64,000 nucleotides of DNA. Origin: Protoeuglena noctilucae. Taxonomy: Eukaryota. Below the pieces are notes generated by a model, which had not been told where the DNA came from, made no database searches, and was given only the letters and a program-made list of their open reading frames with translations. Shown here in pieces: positions 50,348 to 62,300 of this stretch. Each line of letters opens with the position of its first letter. Positions within the stretch are counted from its first letter, which is position 1. Made by a program: the position numbers and the translations under genes. The stretch spans positions 434,001 through 498,000 of the forward strand of contig OY253686.1 of assembly GCA_958009085.1 (NCBI GenBank). Direction: 5' to 3'.

Positions 50348-53300
50348 ATGGCGTCCGCGGGGGAGCGTTCCGAGTCGCGGCTGCCAGGCCCGCAGAAGTC
50401 CAGGCCCGAGGGCCTCGCGCCGAACTTCACGGTAACTTCAAGCGCCGCACAGTGCTGCCTGCAGCTCCGCGCTGCGTCTCTGCTGCGCGAATCCAAACGC
50501 GATTTCCATCGCTTCTCCGCAGTTGACGGCTGAGGCTCCGGCGCTCGAGTCCGCGCCCGACTCCTACTTCCTCCGGCCCACGCGGTCCCCCTCGGTGGGC
50601 GGATTCCGAACCACGCCGCCGGTCGCGGGGCTCGGGACAGAGAAGCGCCCGCGCTCCGGCGGCATCCTGCGGCGGAATAAGCGGCGCGTGGATGCCCGCC
50701 GGCCCGTGCAGGAGTCCCGGCCGTCCACGGAGGCCGCGAATGCACTGGCGAGTCGAGACATGCGCATGCGTAGCACCCGTATCTGCGTGTGCCAGCGCTA
50801 ACTGGCATCCCGCCGCCTCGCTGCAGGTCCGCGACATCCTCGCGGCGTCCGCCGGGGTCCCGCGGCCTCCCTCCAAGCACACGCGCCCGGCCGCCTCGTC
50901 CCTCACCGTCGCGAAACGCCCGCGGCCCGCGGTGGGTCCCAGCCAGAGCATGGCGAGCCTCGCGGCGACCGGGAGCCTCTCCAGCGGTGCGTTCGCGGGC
51001 CCGGGGCGCGCGGCGGGGACCGGGGCGCAGGCGGGTGGGGGCCTGGGGGAGGTGGTGGCGTCGGCGGCACGGTACGCGCTGCCGGGTATGCCCGCGCGGC
51101 CCTCCCTGCACTCGTCGCTGCTCCGGAACCTCAAGAGCGAGAGGGACATCGTGGGGGTGGACGTGGTGCTCGGGGCAGGCGAGGGACGGTTAGGGGGGTG
51201 GACGCTGGGTGTCTTGGTACGCTTACCCTTGATATGCTTCACATAAACGGCCCACCCTCACCCTCACTCTCACTCTTACTCTCACTCTCACCCTCACCCT
51301 CACCCCCACCCTCACCCTGACCCTCACCCTCACCCATCCCCACTCACCCTCACCCACCCCCAGACTTCCTTTTGCCCGAGCGCCCCGAGACCTTCACGGG
51401 ATTTAAACCCCCGACCAACACGGGCGCGTTCGAGGACCACGGCCCTCACCAGCGCCACGCGATGCAGACGGCGATTGACAATGATGAGGCAACGGTGGGG
51501 TTCAGAGTGGCCTTGGATCAGAGCATCCCGCCGGGGATCGTGACGGGGGAGGACGCGGTGGTGTACTTCATGAAGGGTGAGGGGTGTTAAGTGGTGTTAA
51601 GTAGTTTGATTGTGGGTATACAATGTGGTGTACTTCATGAAGGGTGAGACGGGGTTGGAGTCGGTATGATCGTAGTGTGGTTGATGAAGGTCACGGGGGA
51701 GTGACCGTGCTGGATAGGAGGTGGCGAAGGCAAGGCCGGCGACTCCAAAAGCCCCCCCCCCCCAGGCAACGCCAAGCCGGGCCTGATGCTGTACGGCAAC
51801 TACACTCGCGGCCACATGCCCAATGACCTCGACTTCCAGCCATTTGACTTGACCATCGTGCCACGGGAGATGAGGGACCCCACGCACTACGTCATCACCA
51901 GCACCAGCGTCACGCAGGTGAGGGGGAGTGAGCGTGCTGTGCGTCCAAGACGGGCCATGCGCGGAAGGGTGCGATGCTCTCTTACGACTATAAGCACGCT
52001 CTCTCGCACTATACCAACCATCCACGCAACCTGCTCGCCATCAACCCCATCCCTTACCACTCACCCGGTTTCACCCTCCCCCTCTCCCCCCTCAGATCTT
52101 CGCGGATGGCGGGGACGCCGACTCCCAGCTTCTCCCCGAGTGGCTCCAGGACCGGCAGGTGTTCAAGATGATCCGGAGGATGAACTTCTTCCGGTCTTTC
52201 CGCATCATACGGGCGTTCAAGCTGTGGCGGCTGCACACGCGCATCCTCAAGCACGAGAGGGCGCACAAGCAGCTGCAAGGCGAGGGGCGGTCGCGTCGTG
52301 TCGTGTTGTGTTGTTTGTTTGTAAATGGTTGTTGTATCAGAAGCACACAAGCTGCTGCAAGGCGAGGGGCGGCTCGCGATGTGTTGTGTTGTGTTGTTTG
52401 GTTGTTGTTACCAAGAAGCATGTTGCTTGTACTCTTGCAGAGCACCTGCTCCTCATCCACCCCACCTACGGCCCCGTGCTGCGTCGTGCCGCTGCCGCCG
52501 CCGCCTCCGTCCACGACGACCACCGCACGCACAAGTGGGCGCGCAAGAGGGACGGGACGTGGGTGCGGCAGGCGGTCAAGTCGTGGCAGCCGGAGGACGG
52601 GTATGTGGACCCTAACTGGCGGCCCACGGCCAAGCAGCTGGGCATCACGGGGCTGCTGGCGGGGGTAGGTGAGGGGCGAAGGGGAGGTGGGATGGGCGAT
52701 GAGGATGCACGGACTGACAGCGACTACTGGTAACACTACTCACACTGCAAATGTCAACCTCTACTAATACCGGACAAAATTGTCACTAAGTATTACTAAG
52801 TAAACGTCATTACCATTACTATCATCAACCCCTTGCAGAGACGCACGACTTGCCGCTCAAGCTCCCCTCGCTGGTGTCGTTCCGCCAAGGGGCCATGGAC
52901 AGCGCATTCGAGGCCATCGAGAAGACCGTTGATGCCATCGTGGCGATGCTGGAGCCGGAGGGGGCGGCGGCGGTGCGGGCGCTGCAGGTGAGGGGAAGCG
53001 GGGGTGGGGGTGGCAGTGGGGTTGGCAGTGGGGGTGGGGGTGGGGGTAGCGAGGGGGGTGGCAGTGGGGGTGGGGGTGGCGGTGAGGGCGCAGGTGCAGG
53101 CAAGCGGGGAAGCGGGCGTATCTGATACATTTGTACATGTCAGTGCATCTTCATTCAAATCCTCATCTTATCTCAGGAGACCAAGCCCCGTGATCCCACC
53201 CCCGAGGAGCGCGTGCTGGGCCGCGTGGCGCGTGCGCCTGGCACCCTGGCGGAGTGGCGGGAGAAGAGCATGTATGCGGCAAAGGAATCGATGGCGGAGG

Positions 53301-56300
53301 CGCAGAGGAGGACGAAGGAGGCGGAGGCACAGGTGGGGTGCTTGAGGGTGGGGGTGGTGGGGAGCGGGGAGGGGTTGCGAAGGTGCTACGCAGCGCAGCG
53401 CAGTGCAGCGCAACACAGTAGCACTATGTACGACCATAACCCGCGTATCTATTCTCCAACGTTCCCCACTTTGATCGACCCCACCCATCACACCCACCCT
53501 GACCCACCCACCACACTCCCACACAACACCACCCACCCACCCACCCTCGCACCCCTCCCTCGCCCTCCAACCCCTCCCCTCTTCGCTCCACCTCACCCAC
53601 CACCCCCAACCATTGCCCTGACCAACCCACCACCCACCCACACCCACCACACCCACAACCCATACCCACCAACCACCCACACCCACCGCACACCCACCCA
53701 CCCCCCCAGGTCGCCCTGATGGGTCGTTTAGTGCGTCTGGTCGACTATATGCTGGCGGAGGGGGTGGCAGAGGCCGTGCGCACGTCAAGCGAGGCACTGA
53801 CGCATGTGCTGGTACGCACACGGTCGCTGTTACTGGTAGAGGGCAAGTCGAACATCGAATACGATAAGGCGGCGGGGCCCAGGGAGGGGGAGTCATCGGT
53901 GAGGGGAGTGGCAGGGTTGCTGGATTGTATAGTATATACTATAAGTGGTATGTCTAGTTACTGTGTTACACAAGTGAGCCATTGACAAGGCGGCGGGGCC
54001 GAGGGAGGGGAGTCGTCGGTGAGTGGGATGGAGCATGCAGTGGGAGGCAATACGCATAATTACTCAACACCTAGTAACTTTATACTAATCGCCACTATCA
54101 TCTCTTCAATTCAACGCAGATCACGGCGGAGCTGGACGTGATGCGCCGGCAGCTGCAGGGTGGCGCCACGCGCTCCCGCAGCACCAAAGACGAGGGCCCT
54201 CGCGTGCTGTCGGTCAAACTGACATTGGATCCCGATCTCGACACCGTGATTGGGAGCACGGAGGGAATGCTCGTGGCGCTCAGGACACGGGTGGCGCAGG
54301 TGAGGGGGGGTGGGGTTGTGGGGTTGTGGGGTGGGGTGGGGTTGTGGGATGGGGTGGTGTAGGTGGGGCTGGTGGGGGGTGTGGATGTGGGTGGGGTGGG
54401 TTGGTGGGTTGGCTAGGGTGGCGCAGGTGGGGTGTGGTGGGTGTGGGTGTGGGTGGGGTGGGGTTGTGGGGTGGCAAGTGGAGCTGGGCCAATGCATGAA
54501 TCCCCACTAACCCCATCCCCACTAACCCCACCCCCACCCCTTCACCCAGACCCTTCGCCTCACACCATCTGCCCCCTCCACCCCTAGCAAATCAACCAAC
54601 CCATTCCCACTAACCACACCCCCACCCCTTCATCTTCACCCCAGACCCCCCGCCTGGCCCTCTCTCCCCGCCTGACGCCCTTCCTGCCCAACGGCCAACC
54701 CCACCGCCTGATCAGCATCGAGCGCATGGTCGACCTGCTGATGGACGCCGAGGCTCTCACGCGGCGGGTGCGGGTTCGATTCTCGCGGGACTTCAAATCG
54801 GCCATGGGCGAGCGGGGGCTCAAGGCGTACTTCGCGTCGCCCGAGCGGCTGCTGTGGGTGTTCACGTGGCGGGCGTCCGAGTACAGGCGAGGGCATAGAA
54901 TTGTAATTGCTAATGGTATGTTAATCACTGTTACTTGCATAATAGTAACAGGACTGCTGTGGGTCTTCACGTGGCGGGCGTCGGAATACAGGCGAGGGCC
55001 ATGTTGTATGTGTGGGTAATATTGACTATACAATGACAACCAATGACAACACAGCTGCATGTGGCAGGCATACCCATTATTCATAATTTATTACGAATAC
55101 TTGATCATTAATTTTCCTTGTCGTTCCCAGGAACGCCGTGGTGGACCCCGACGAGTTCATCCGCGACCTTCAAGGCATGGTGGCGTGGCAGGCGCAACTG
55201 GCATCCGCACCCGCCGAATTGCAATTGGGCACTTTGCGCGTCGACGCAATGGGAATCTCATCCCGAGTACTCCCGGAGGTGTCCCGCGTGGTGGCCGAGA
55301 TGACCAACATGATCATGACGATCGTGACACGCGGGTGCCAGAAACTGCAGGGGTTATGTGCAGATGCCATCGCGGCGCTGCAGCAGCGGCCCACGCAGCT
55401 GGGGGAGTTCGCCGAGTTTATACGGTCCATGGCCGCGCACTACTCGGAGGTGAGTTGACTGTTATTATAATAGTATAGGTGAGGGAGTAACTATTACTAT
55501 TATTACTATTACTATTATTACTATTACTATTACTATTACTATTACTATTACTATTACTACTATTACTATTACTATTACTATTACTATTACTATTACTATT
55601 ACTATTACTATTACTATTACTATTACTATAACTATTACTATTACTATTACTATTACTATTACTATTACTATTACTATTACTACTATTACTATTACTATTA
55701 CTATTACTGTTACTTTTACTATGACTATGACTATCACTATCACCAACCATCTCCACCCACCCCATCACCGCCCACCCCACCACCACCCGCACCCCCACCC
55801 CAAACGCAGGAGGGCGAGGGCGTGCGCGAGATCGAGGAATCTTCCGCGGTGCTCCACAAACTGGCGCGCATGTTCGGAACATCCCCATCCTTCACCTCAG
55901 CAAGGGGCGTGCCCGCACCCGCACCCCCGCCCCGCGCCCCGCCCTCGCGCCCGCCCAATCGCGATCGCAATGCCGATAACGATGACGATAACGATGTCGA
56001 TAACGATACCGATACCGACGCCGAGCACACGCGCGCGGTGATTGACCGGATGCCCCCGGTGGTTCAGTCTGCGTGGGACGCGACACAGCGCGCTCTGGCG
56101 GACTACCACTCTGCCAGAACGCAGGCCAAGGACTACGTGGAGAGTTTCCGGAACATGGCGGCCACGTCGCTGGTGCAGGCCGCAATGCACCAGGAGCGGG
56201 AAGTGACGAGTGAGGAGTGGGGGGTGGGGTGGGGTGGTGGTGGGGTGGTATGGGATGGGATGGGCATGAGGGATGGGATGAGATTGCAAGGAAGGCAGTG

Positions 56301-59300
56301 TGTGAGAGAGCACAGTGTTCCACTCACATCACGCAATTCATGATCTCTTCTTATCCCCCCCAGTGTTCGTGGATTCCGTCCGCACCGGCATCCTCGTGAT
56401 GCTGCAGACCTCCTCCTCAGCAGCCATCGTGGAGCTGGCAAGGCTCACCCAGCGCCTCAACAATCTGAGAAACGAGTCGCAACGGCTCATGGGGTTCCAG
56501 AGCACGTTCGTGGTGCGGGAGCTGGGGCAGCTGTCGGAGGTGAGGGTTAATGGGGGTGGGTGATGGTGGGTGGTGAGGGTGGTATGGGGGGTGGGGCAGC
56601 TGTCGGAGGTGAGGGTTAATAAGGGTTGATGGGTGGATGGGAGAGCACCATCAAACGTGCTGTGCAGTTGTCCATATCCTCACCCCTCACCCCACTCACC
56701 CCTCACCTCTCACCCCCCTCCTCACCCCTCTCACTCTTCTTTTCTTATCCCTTACCCCCCAGGTCCTGTCCGTGGCCGCATCGGTGCTCTCCTTGGCCCA
56801 GCGCGTCTGGCACGCCATCGTGAGGTGGGAAGAGACCACGGCCGAGCTCCACACCACCAGCCTCGACTCCCCAGCGTGCCAACCCAGCACAGGTGAGTTT
56901 AGCTGCACACCACCACCACCAGCACAGGTGAGGGGCGGAGAGGGATGGGCAGGCATGCGAGAGTGAGAGTGCATGTCGTTGCTGACAGACAGTCGAGTTT
57001 TNNNNNNNNNNNNNNNNNNNNNNNNNNNNNNNNNNNNNNNNNNNNNNNNNNNNNNNNNNNNNNNNNNNNNNNNNNNNNNNNNNNNNNNNNNNNNNNNNNN
57101 NNNNNNNNNNNNNNNNNNNNNNNNNNNNNNNNNNNNNNNNNNNNNNNNNNNNNNNNNNNNNNNNNNNNNNNNNNNNNNNNNNNNNNNNNNNNNNNNNNNN
57201 NTCCTAACCCCCCCACCTATCGTGCCCCTTACATCACCTCCCCCTCCGTGCCCCCTCACTTCGCCGCGTGGTTCACGACATGTGGAAGATGGCAACACGC
57301 GAGTCAGAGCTATTAGAAGAGCTGAGGACGATCGAGGCGGAGTGGTCGGCGATGGAGCTGACCTTCCGGAGATCGGAGGAGCTGAAGTTCGACATCGGTG
57401 AGGGTGTGGATGGGATCATTGGTGATTGGTGGGAACGAAGTTCGACATCGGTGAGTTAGGAATCGGGGGACTGGTAATTGGTGGGAATTGATATTGGACA
57501 TCAGTGAAGGGTGTGGTGGGGTGGTGGGGTGGGGTGGGAAGTGAGGTAGTAGTTATATAAATGATAATTAATTACATACCTCCCACCCTCCCCTTTTCCC
57601 GTCTTTCGCAGTGCACAACATCGTTACGCTCCTCCCCTCTCTCCCACCCCTCCCCATTTTCAAACTTCATTTTTTAAATTCTCTTCCTATCCCGCTCCTC
57701 GCAGTGCACAACATCGTGGAGCTCCTGCCCCGCATGAAGTCCGCGGCCCGTCGATTGGAGAACATCGCCATGAGTCAGTACATATCGGGCATACAAGACA
57801 AGTTCAGCAAACACGAAAAGACCTTCAGCTCCGTCCGGGGGGTCTTGACGGACGTGCAGGCGTTTCAACAGGAGCTGTTATTGTTGTCGAGGGTGCTGTT
57901 ACTGCCGGAGATCAAGGCTATATATGCGGACGCGGCGAACGGTGAGGGGGGGCGAGGGAGGTTGGAAATGATCTGTTTGTAAACAACATAACGTGGTGGT
58001 GGTGGTGGGGGTGGTGATGGGGTGGGAGGGTGGTGGTGGTGCGGTGGTGGGTGTTGCAAGGGAGTGGGTAGTGTGTTGTATTAAACGCAAGCGATTAGTG
58101 GTGGATTGCATGACTGAGTTACTTATTGATATCCTATCTATCCCCCCCTCTCGCTAAACCCCAGAGGTGGTGGACTGCGCGACATACATGACACCAGCAA
58201 CGTTATCCATAACATCCCATCTCCCTCTTATCAACCCCAGAGGTGGTGGACTGCATGACGCAGTGGCGCAACATGGTGTCCGTCACGAGAGAGCACCCGG
58301 GGCTGGCCGACGCGTGCGCGGAGGGGGGCCCTCTGTCGCGTGTAGCAGTGCTTGCCAAGAAGATCGCTGCGGTCAAGTCTGTCACGCTCGAGGCGCTCGT
58401 GACGCTCGGTGAGCATGGGATGGATGAGGATAATTGTGGTTATTATGATTGAGAATGCAAGTTGTATTGTGTTTGTTATTACAGGTATAAATGGTAATAG
58501 TTATACTTATAATTTATCTATAATATTTTTTATTTACTATTCTTGCCGTAATATTGCTTATTGGTTTTATAAGTCCTTGTAATACTAACACAGTAACTCA
58601 TACCCCCCCTTAATTCGCAGTCCGCCGCGACTTCCCCCGCCTGCTGTTCGTGGACGACCAGGCGTTGATGGACGCGGTATCAGTGGGCCCCTACGTGGGC
58701 CGATTGACGCCGGACGTGTTATTGCAGTGTTTCGGGTGCATTAAGCAGCTGGACGTGCGGGGGTCGGGGGTGGAGGTCCTGGGGGTGCTCGACGCCCACG
58801 GGGAGGCCGTAAAGTTCGAACAGAGCGTCGTGCTCAGGTGGGTGGGATTCGAAATGGGATGGGATGTGACGGGGGACGAGTTTTTGGAATGGTTATCGTA
58901 TTGTTGTGTATGGTTTGTGTTGTATTGATGACGTGATATCAGTTACGATAGGATTGATGACGTGATATCAGTTACGACAGGAAGTATATATACATAACAA
59001 TATTTTTTGTTTTGTCAGAGTTAATATTACATATATTGTGTAGTAAAACAGCAATCATGCATCCTAACACTTCCGCTTCCGTCCACCCCTCCCCCGCAGC
59101 CCCCAGGGGTCGGTGGCCACGGAGCTGAAGGCCGTGGACCAGGAGCTCTCCAGGACCATCAAGGGGGCCGTGTTCGCGTGCATGAACGATCAGGTGAATA
59201 TAGATATATATTTGAACATATCATGTCCAATTAATGAAGATAAATATAGTTGTAAAATTATTGTTTAAATCCTTAATTATTGTTACCCTTTCCACTATAT

Positions 59301-62300
59301 GCTTTTCTCATCATGATCACTATCATCATCATTATTATATTATCATCCTAACCCCCAACCACCCCCTTCCACCCCCCTTGCAGTCCGAGGGCGGCGGCCT
59401 GGGCGCGTCGTCCACCGAAGAGTCCATGGCGGGCCGCAGGGACTACCCCACCCAGGCGGTGTTTCTGGCAGAGCACCTGCTGTGGACGGAGAGCCTGCAG
59501 AACGCGCTGGTGGAGGGGACCAAGCCCAATGCGGCGCCCAACGCGCTGAGGGCGCTGAAGGACGTTTGTGTGGAGCAGTCGATGGTGAGGGGTGGTGTGT
59601 GTGTGTATGTCGATGTGTATGTGGGTGTTTAATGTGTGTGAGTGTGTATTGGTTGTAATGGTGGTTGGTGGTGGTGGTGTGGTTGGTGTGGGTTGTGGTG
59701 TGTGTGGGTAATGGGAGCCAAGAGGTGTGTCGTTAGGTGAATATGCAGAGGCTAACACCCCCCCTCTCTCCCTGCCCTTCTCAGACCATCATGGAGCAAG
59801 GAAAGGCATTATGTCTCTCCGGGTTCGAGGCCATCAAAGCGGCAATGGACCAGGACGAGCGCAGCGCAGCGGAGACGGCCCGCAAGATCGGGGCGCGGCA
59901 CGACGCAGGGCTTCTGACGGTGCGCCAGACGCGGGCGGCCGTGCTGGCCATGCGGCGCAAGGTCCGGTGCCGGACGATGCTTCTGGGTGTGTATGCGACC
60001 CTCGTGCTCTACTATCGGGATATTATCGACGAGTTACTAACAGAGTGGCCCGTCGCGCCCACTGACTTCGTGTGGCTGCGGAACGTGCGGTGAGAAACGC
60101 TGGGGTGTGCATTGGTGTGTATTGTTATGCATATCGCATAGCCCATATTTACATGCCTGTGGAACGTGCGGTGAGGGCTGATGCTGCGGGGTGCATGTCA
60201 CTAGTACTACCTTGCATGTAGAATAGCACCATTCTGCATGGATAATATTATCCCTATCACTTACCCGCAAGTGCTAATCAATAGCAATGGTAACAGAAAT
60301 TAATAGTAATAGCAATACTAATTGTAATTGTAAAAGTTATGTTTATATTTATATATATAATTAAAGTCTATTAGTTGATTAATACCATCAATCCCGCATC
60401 CCCGCAGCTACTTCCTCGACTCGGACCGCCTGCTGGTGCGCGTGGCGGACATCTCGGTACCCTACGGCTTCACCTACCAGGGCGGGCTGCGTGACCCAGT
60501 CCAAGACCTGGCGCTCACCTCCGCGACCGGACTGCGCGCGATCGCTGCGGGGGTGGCGCAGGGGCAAGTGCTGGCGCTGTCGCCCGACCCGGCCGGCGCA
60601 ATTCTCCCCCAGACCACCGCCAAGGCCCTGGCCTCTGCGTTCGGCCGCGTCCACTTTGCGATGACGTGCACGGCGAGCATGTCGCACCGCGCGATCGCGA
60701 GGGTGCTGTCGGCGGTGGTGGAGAGCGGGGCGTGGTGCTGCTTGGACAGGGTGGAGGCGCTGCTGCCCGAAGTGCTCAGCCAGATGGCGCAGCAGATATT
60801 CGAGGTGAGAGCGTGGGGGGAATGGTGTTTGTCAATGTCATCATTCATATATAATTACGTTATGTATTAGTTATGCTTATCAATTTTTTGTATTACTATT
60901 ATTAATCATAAAATCTATAATAATATAATATCATAATTATGGCTTATAGATACAATCAGATATACTTATAAATGTAATATATATCCCCTTTAACTGAACT
61001 CCCTTGCAGGTGATGACGGCCTGGGCCCAGTCCCACGTGGAGGTGGTGAAGATCCGCGGGGGCGATGTGAACCTGCAGACGGGGCGCGACGTGGCGGGGG
61101 GCAGTTTCCAGTAATTCCTCGGAATATCCGCGATCGGCACTCGCAAGCCGGAGCTACTGCACCAGCTCCTGCAGTGGCTCACGCGGCGCATGGCGATCCT
61201 GCCCGGGAGGCTCTCGTGCGTTTTGGAGTCGGTCCTGATGTCGCTGGGATTCGAAGACCACACCAAGGCGGCGAAAAAGGCAGAGACGATGCTTTCTCTG
61301 CTCGAGGCGCACCTCATGCCCCAGCAACACTACCAGTTCGGACCGCGCATGCTCGCCAAGCTCGTGCCCTACCTGCGCGACCGCGGGCCCGTGTATCAAG
61401 TGAGGATAGTGGTGGTAAAGTGGTTTGTTATTGGAATTGACGTTGCTGATTGTTGTTTTGCTTGGTGTTTGTGCTGTGCTACATGGACTACGTTATCGTG
61501 CTCTCATTGTGCCACCCGCTCTCCATACCACCGCACACAGCACCTCCCCCACCATCACCCTGACTCGAACACTTACCCCTCACCCCACCCCACCCCACCC
61601 CACTTACCCCACTTACCCCACCTCACCCGCAGGTCTCCGGCCTGCGTGCGGCACACCTCATGCACGACGCGTCCTTGGACTCCGTGCTCCCCTTACTGAG
61701 CCCAACGGACCGAGACGTGGCGATGATGGTGCTGGAGGACGTGTGGGGCGGGGAGGGTGATGACGGGGTGGAGATTGAGGTGGGGCGGTGCTGCTTGCCG
61801 CTACCGGCGCTCAATGAGGCGACGTGCGGGTTTGGTCCTTGGCAAGTCGACTCCGCGGTCCGCAAGGTGCAAGGCGAGGCGAGCGTGACGCGCCCGGAGC
61901 AGCTGCGGCGCACGCTGATCGACGTCGCGCAGCGGCTGGTGCAGCGGCGGGCGGTGCTGCTGGTGGGGCCCTGCGGGTCCGGCAAGTCGCTGGTCGTGCG
62001 CATGGCCGCCGAGCTGCTCACGATCGTCCAGTCGCCGCTGGTGGCGAAGATCGAGCACGTGTTCGTGGATGCGGTGCCGTTCCAGCATCTATTCGGGTAC
62101 TTTGCGGCAGATAACCGCACGTGGCGGCCGGGGCTGTTGGAGCGACTGGTGCAGCAAACGGCAGAGGAGAGTGAAATGGAAGATGCGGCGAAGGGAGACG
62201 CATCGTTCGGGGACGATGCGCGGCCCGTGCAGCGCGTGGTGGTGCTGGACTGTTCCGCGGAGTCTCTGGCATTAGAAGACGTCGCGCCATTGTTAGCACA

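Noticed and set aside
51255..51360. Telomere-like repeat
   Set aside because: The unit is CCCTCA/CTCTCA, degenerate and intronic, not a CCCTAA(A) array.
123..55130. GC-AG introns as an introner (mobile intron) family
   Set aside because: By eye they share no internal sequence, terminal inverted repeats or common length. An all-versus-all alignment would be needed to exclude this fully.
55418..55888. Poly-(SN) and poly-(VI) ORFs
   Set aside because: Translations of the intronic (ACTATT)n microsatellite.
58925..58978. Tandem repeat of about 28 bp (ttgatgacgtgatatcagttacga x2) as a CRISPR or regulatory element
   Set aside because: Only two adjacent copies, no spacers, inside an intron of a eukaryotic gene.
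61112..61114. TAA/TAG-to-Gln reassignment, as in some ulvophytes, to explain the in-frame TAA
   Set aside because: Well-supported genes here end in TAA or TAG (UBA2, AKR, SDS22-like, MOLO1-like, CbbY-like), and I saw no other internal TAR codon in conserved exons.
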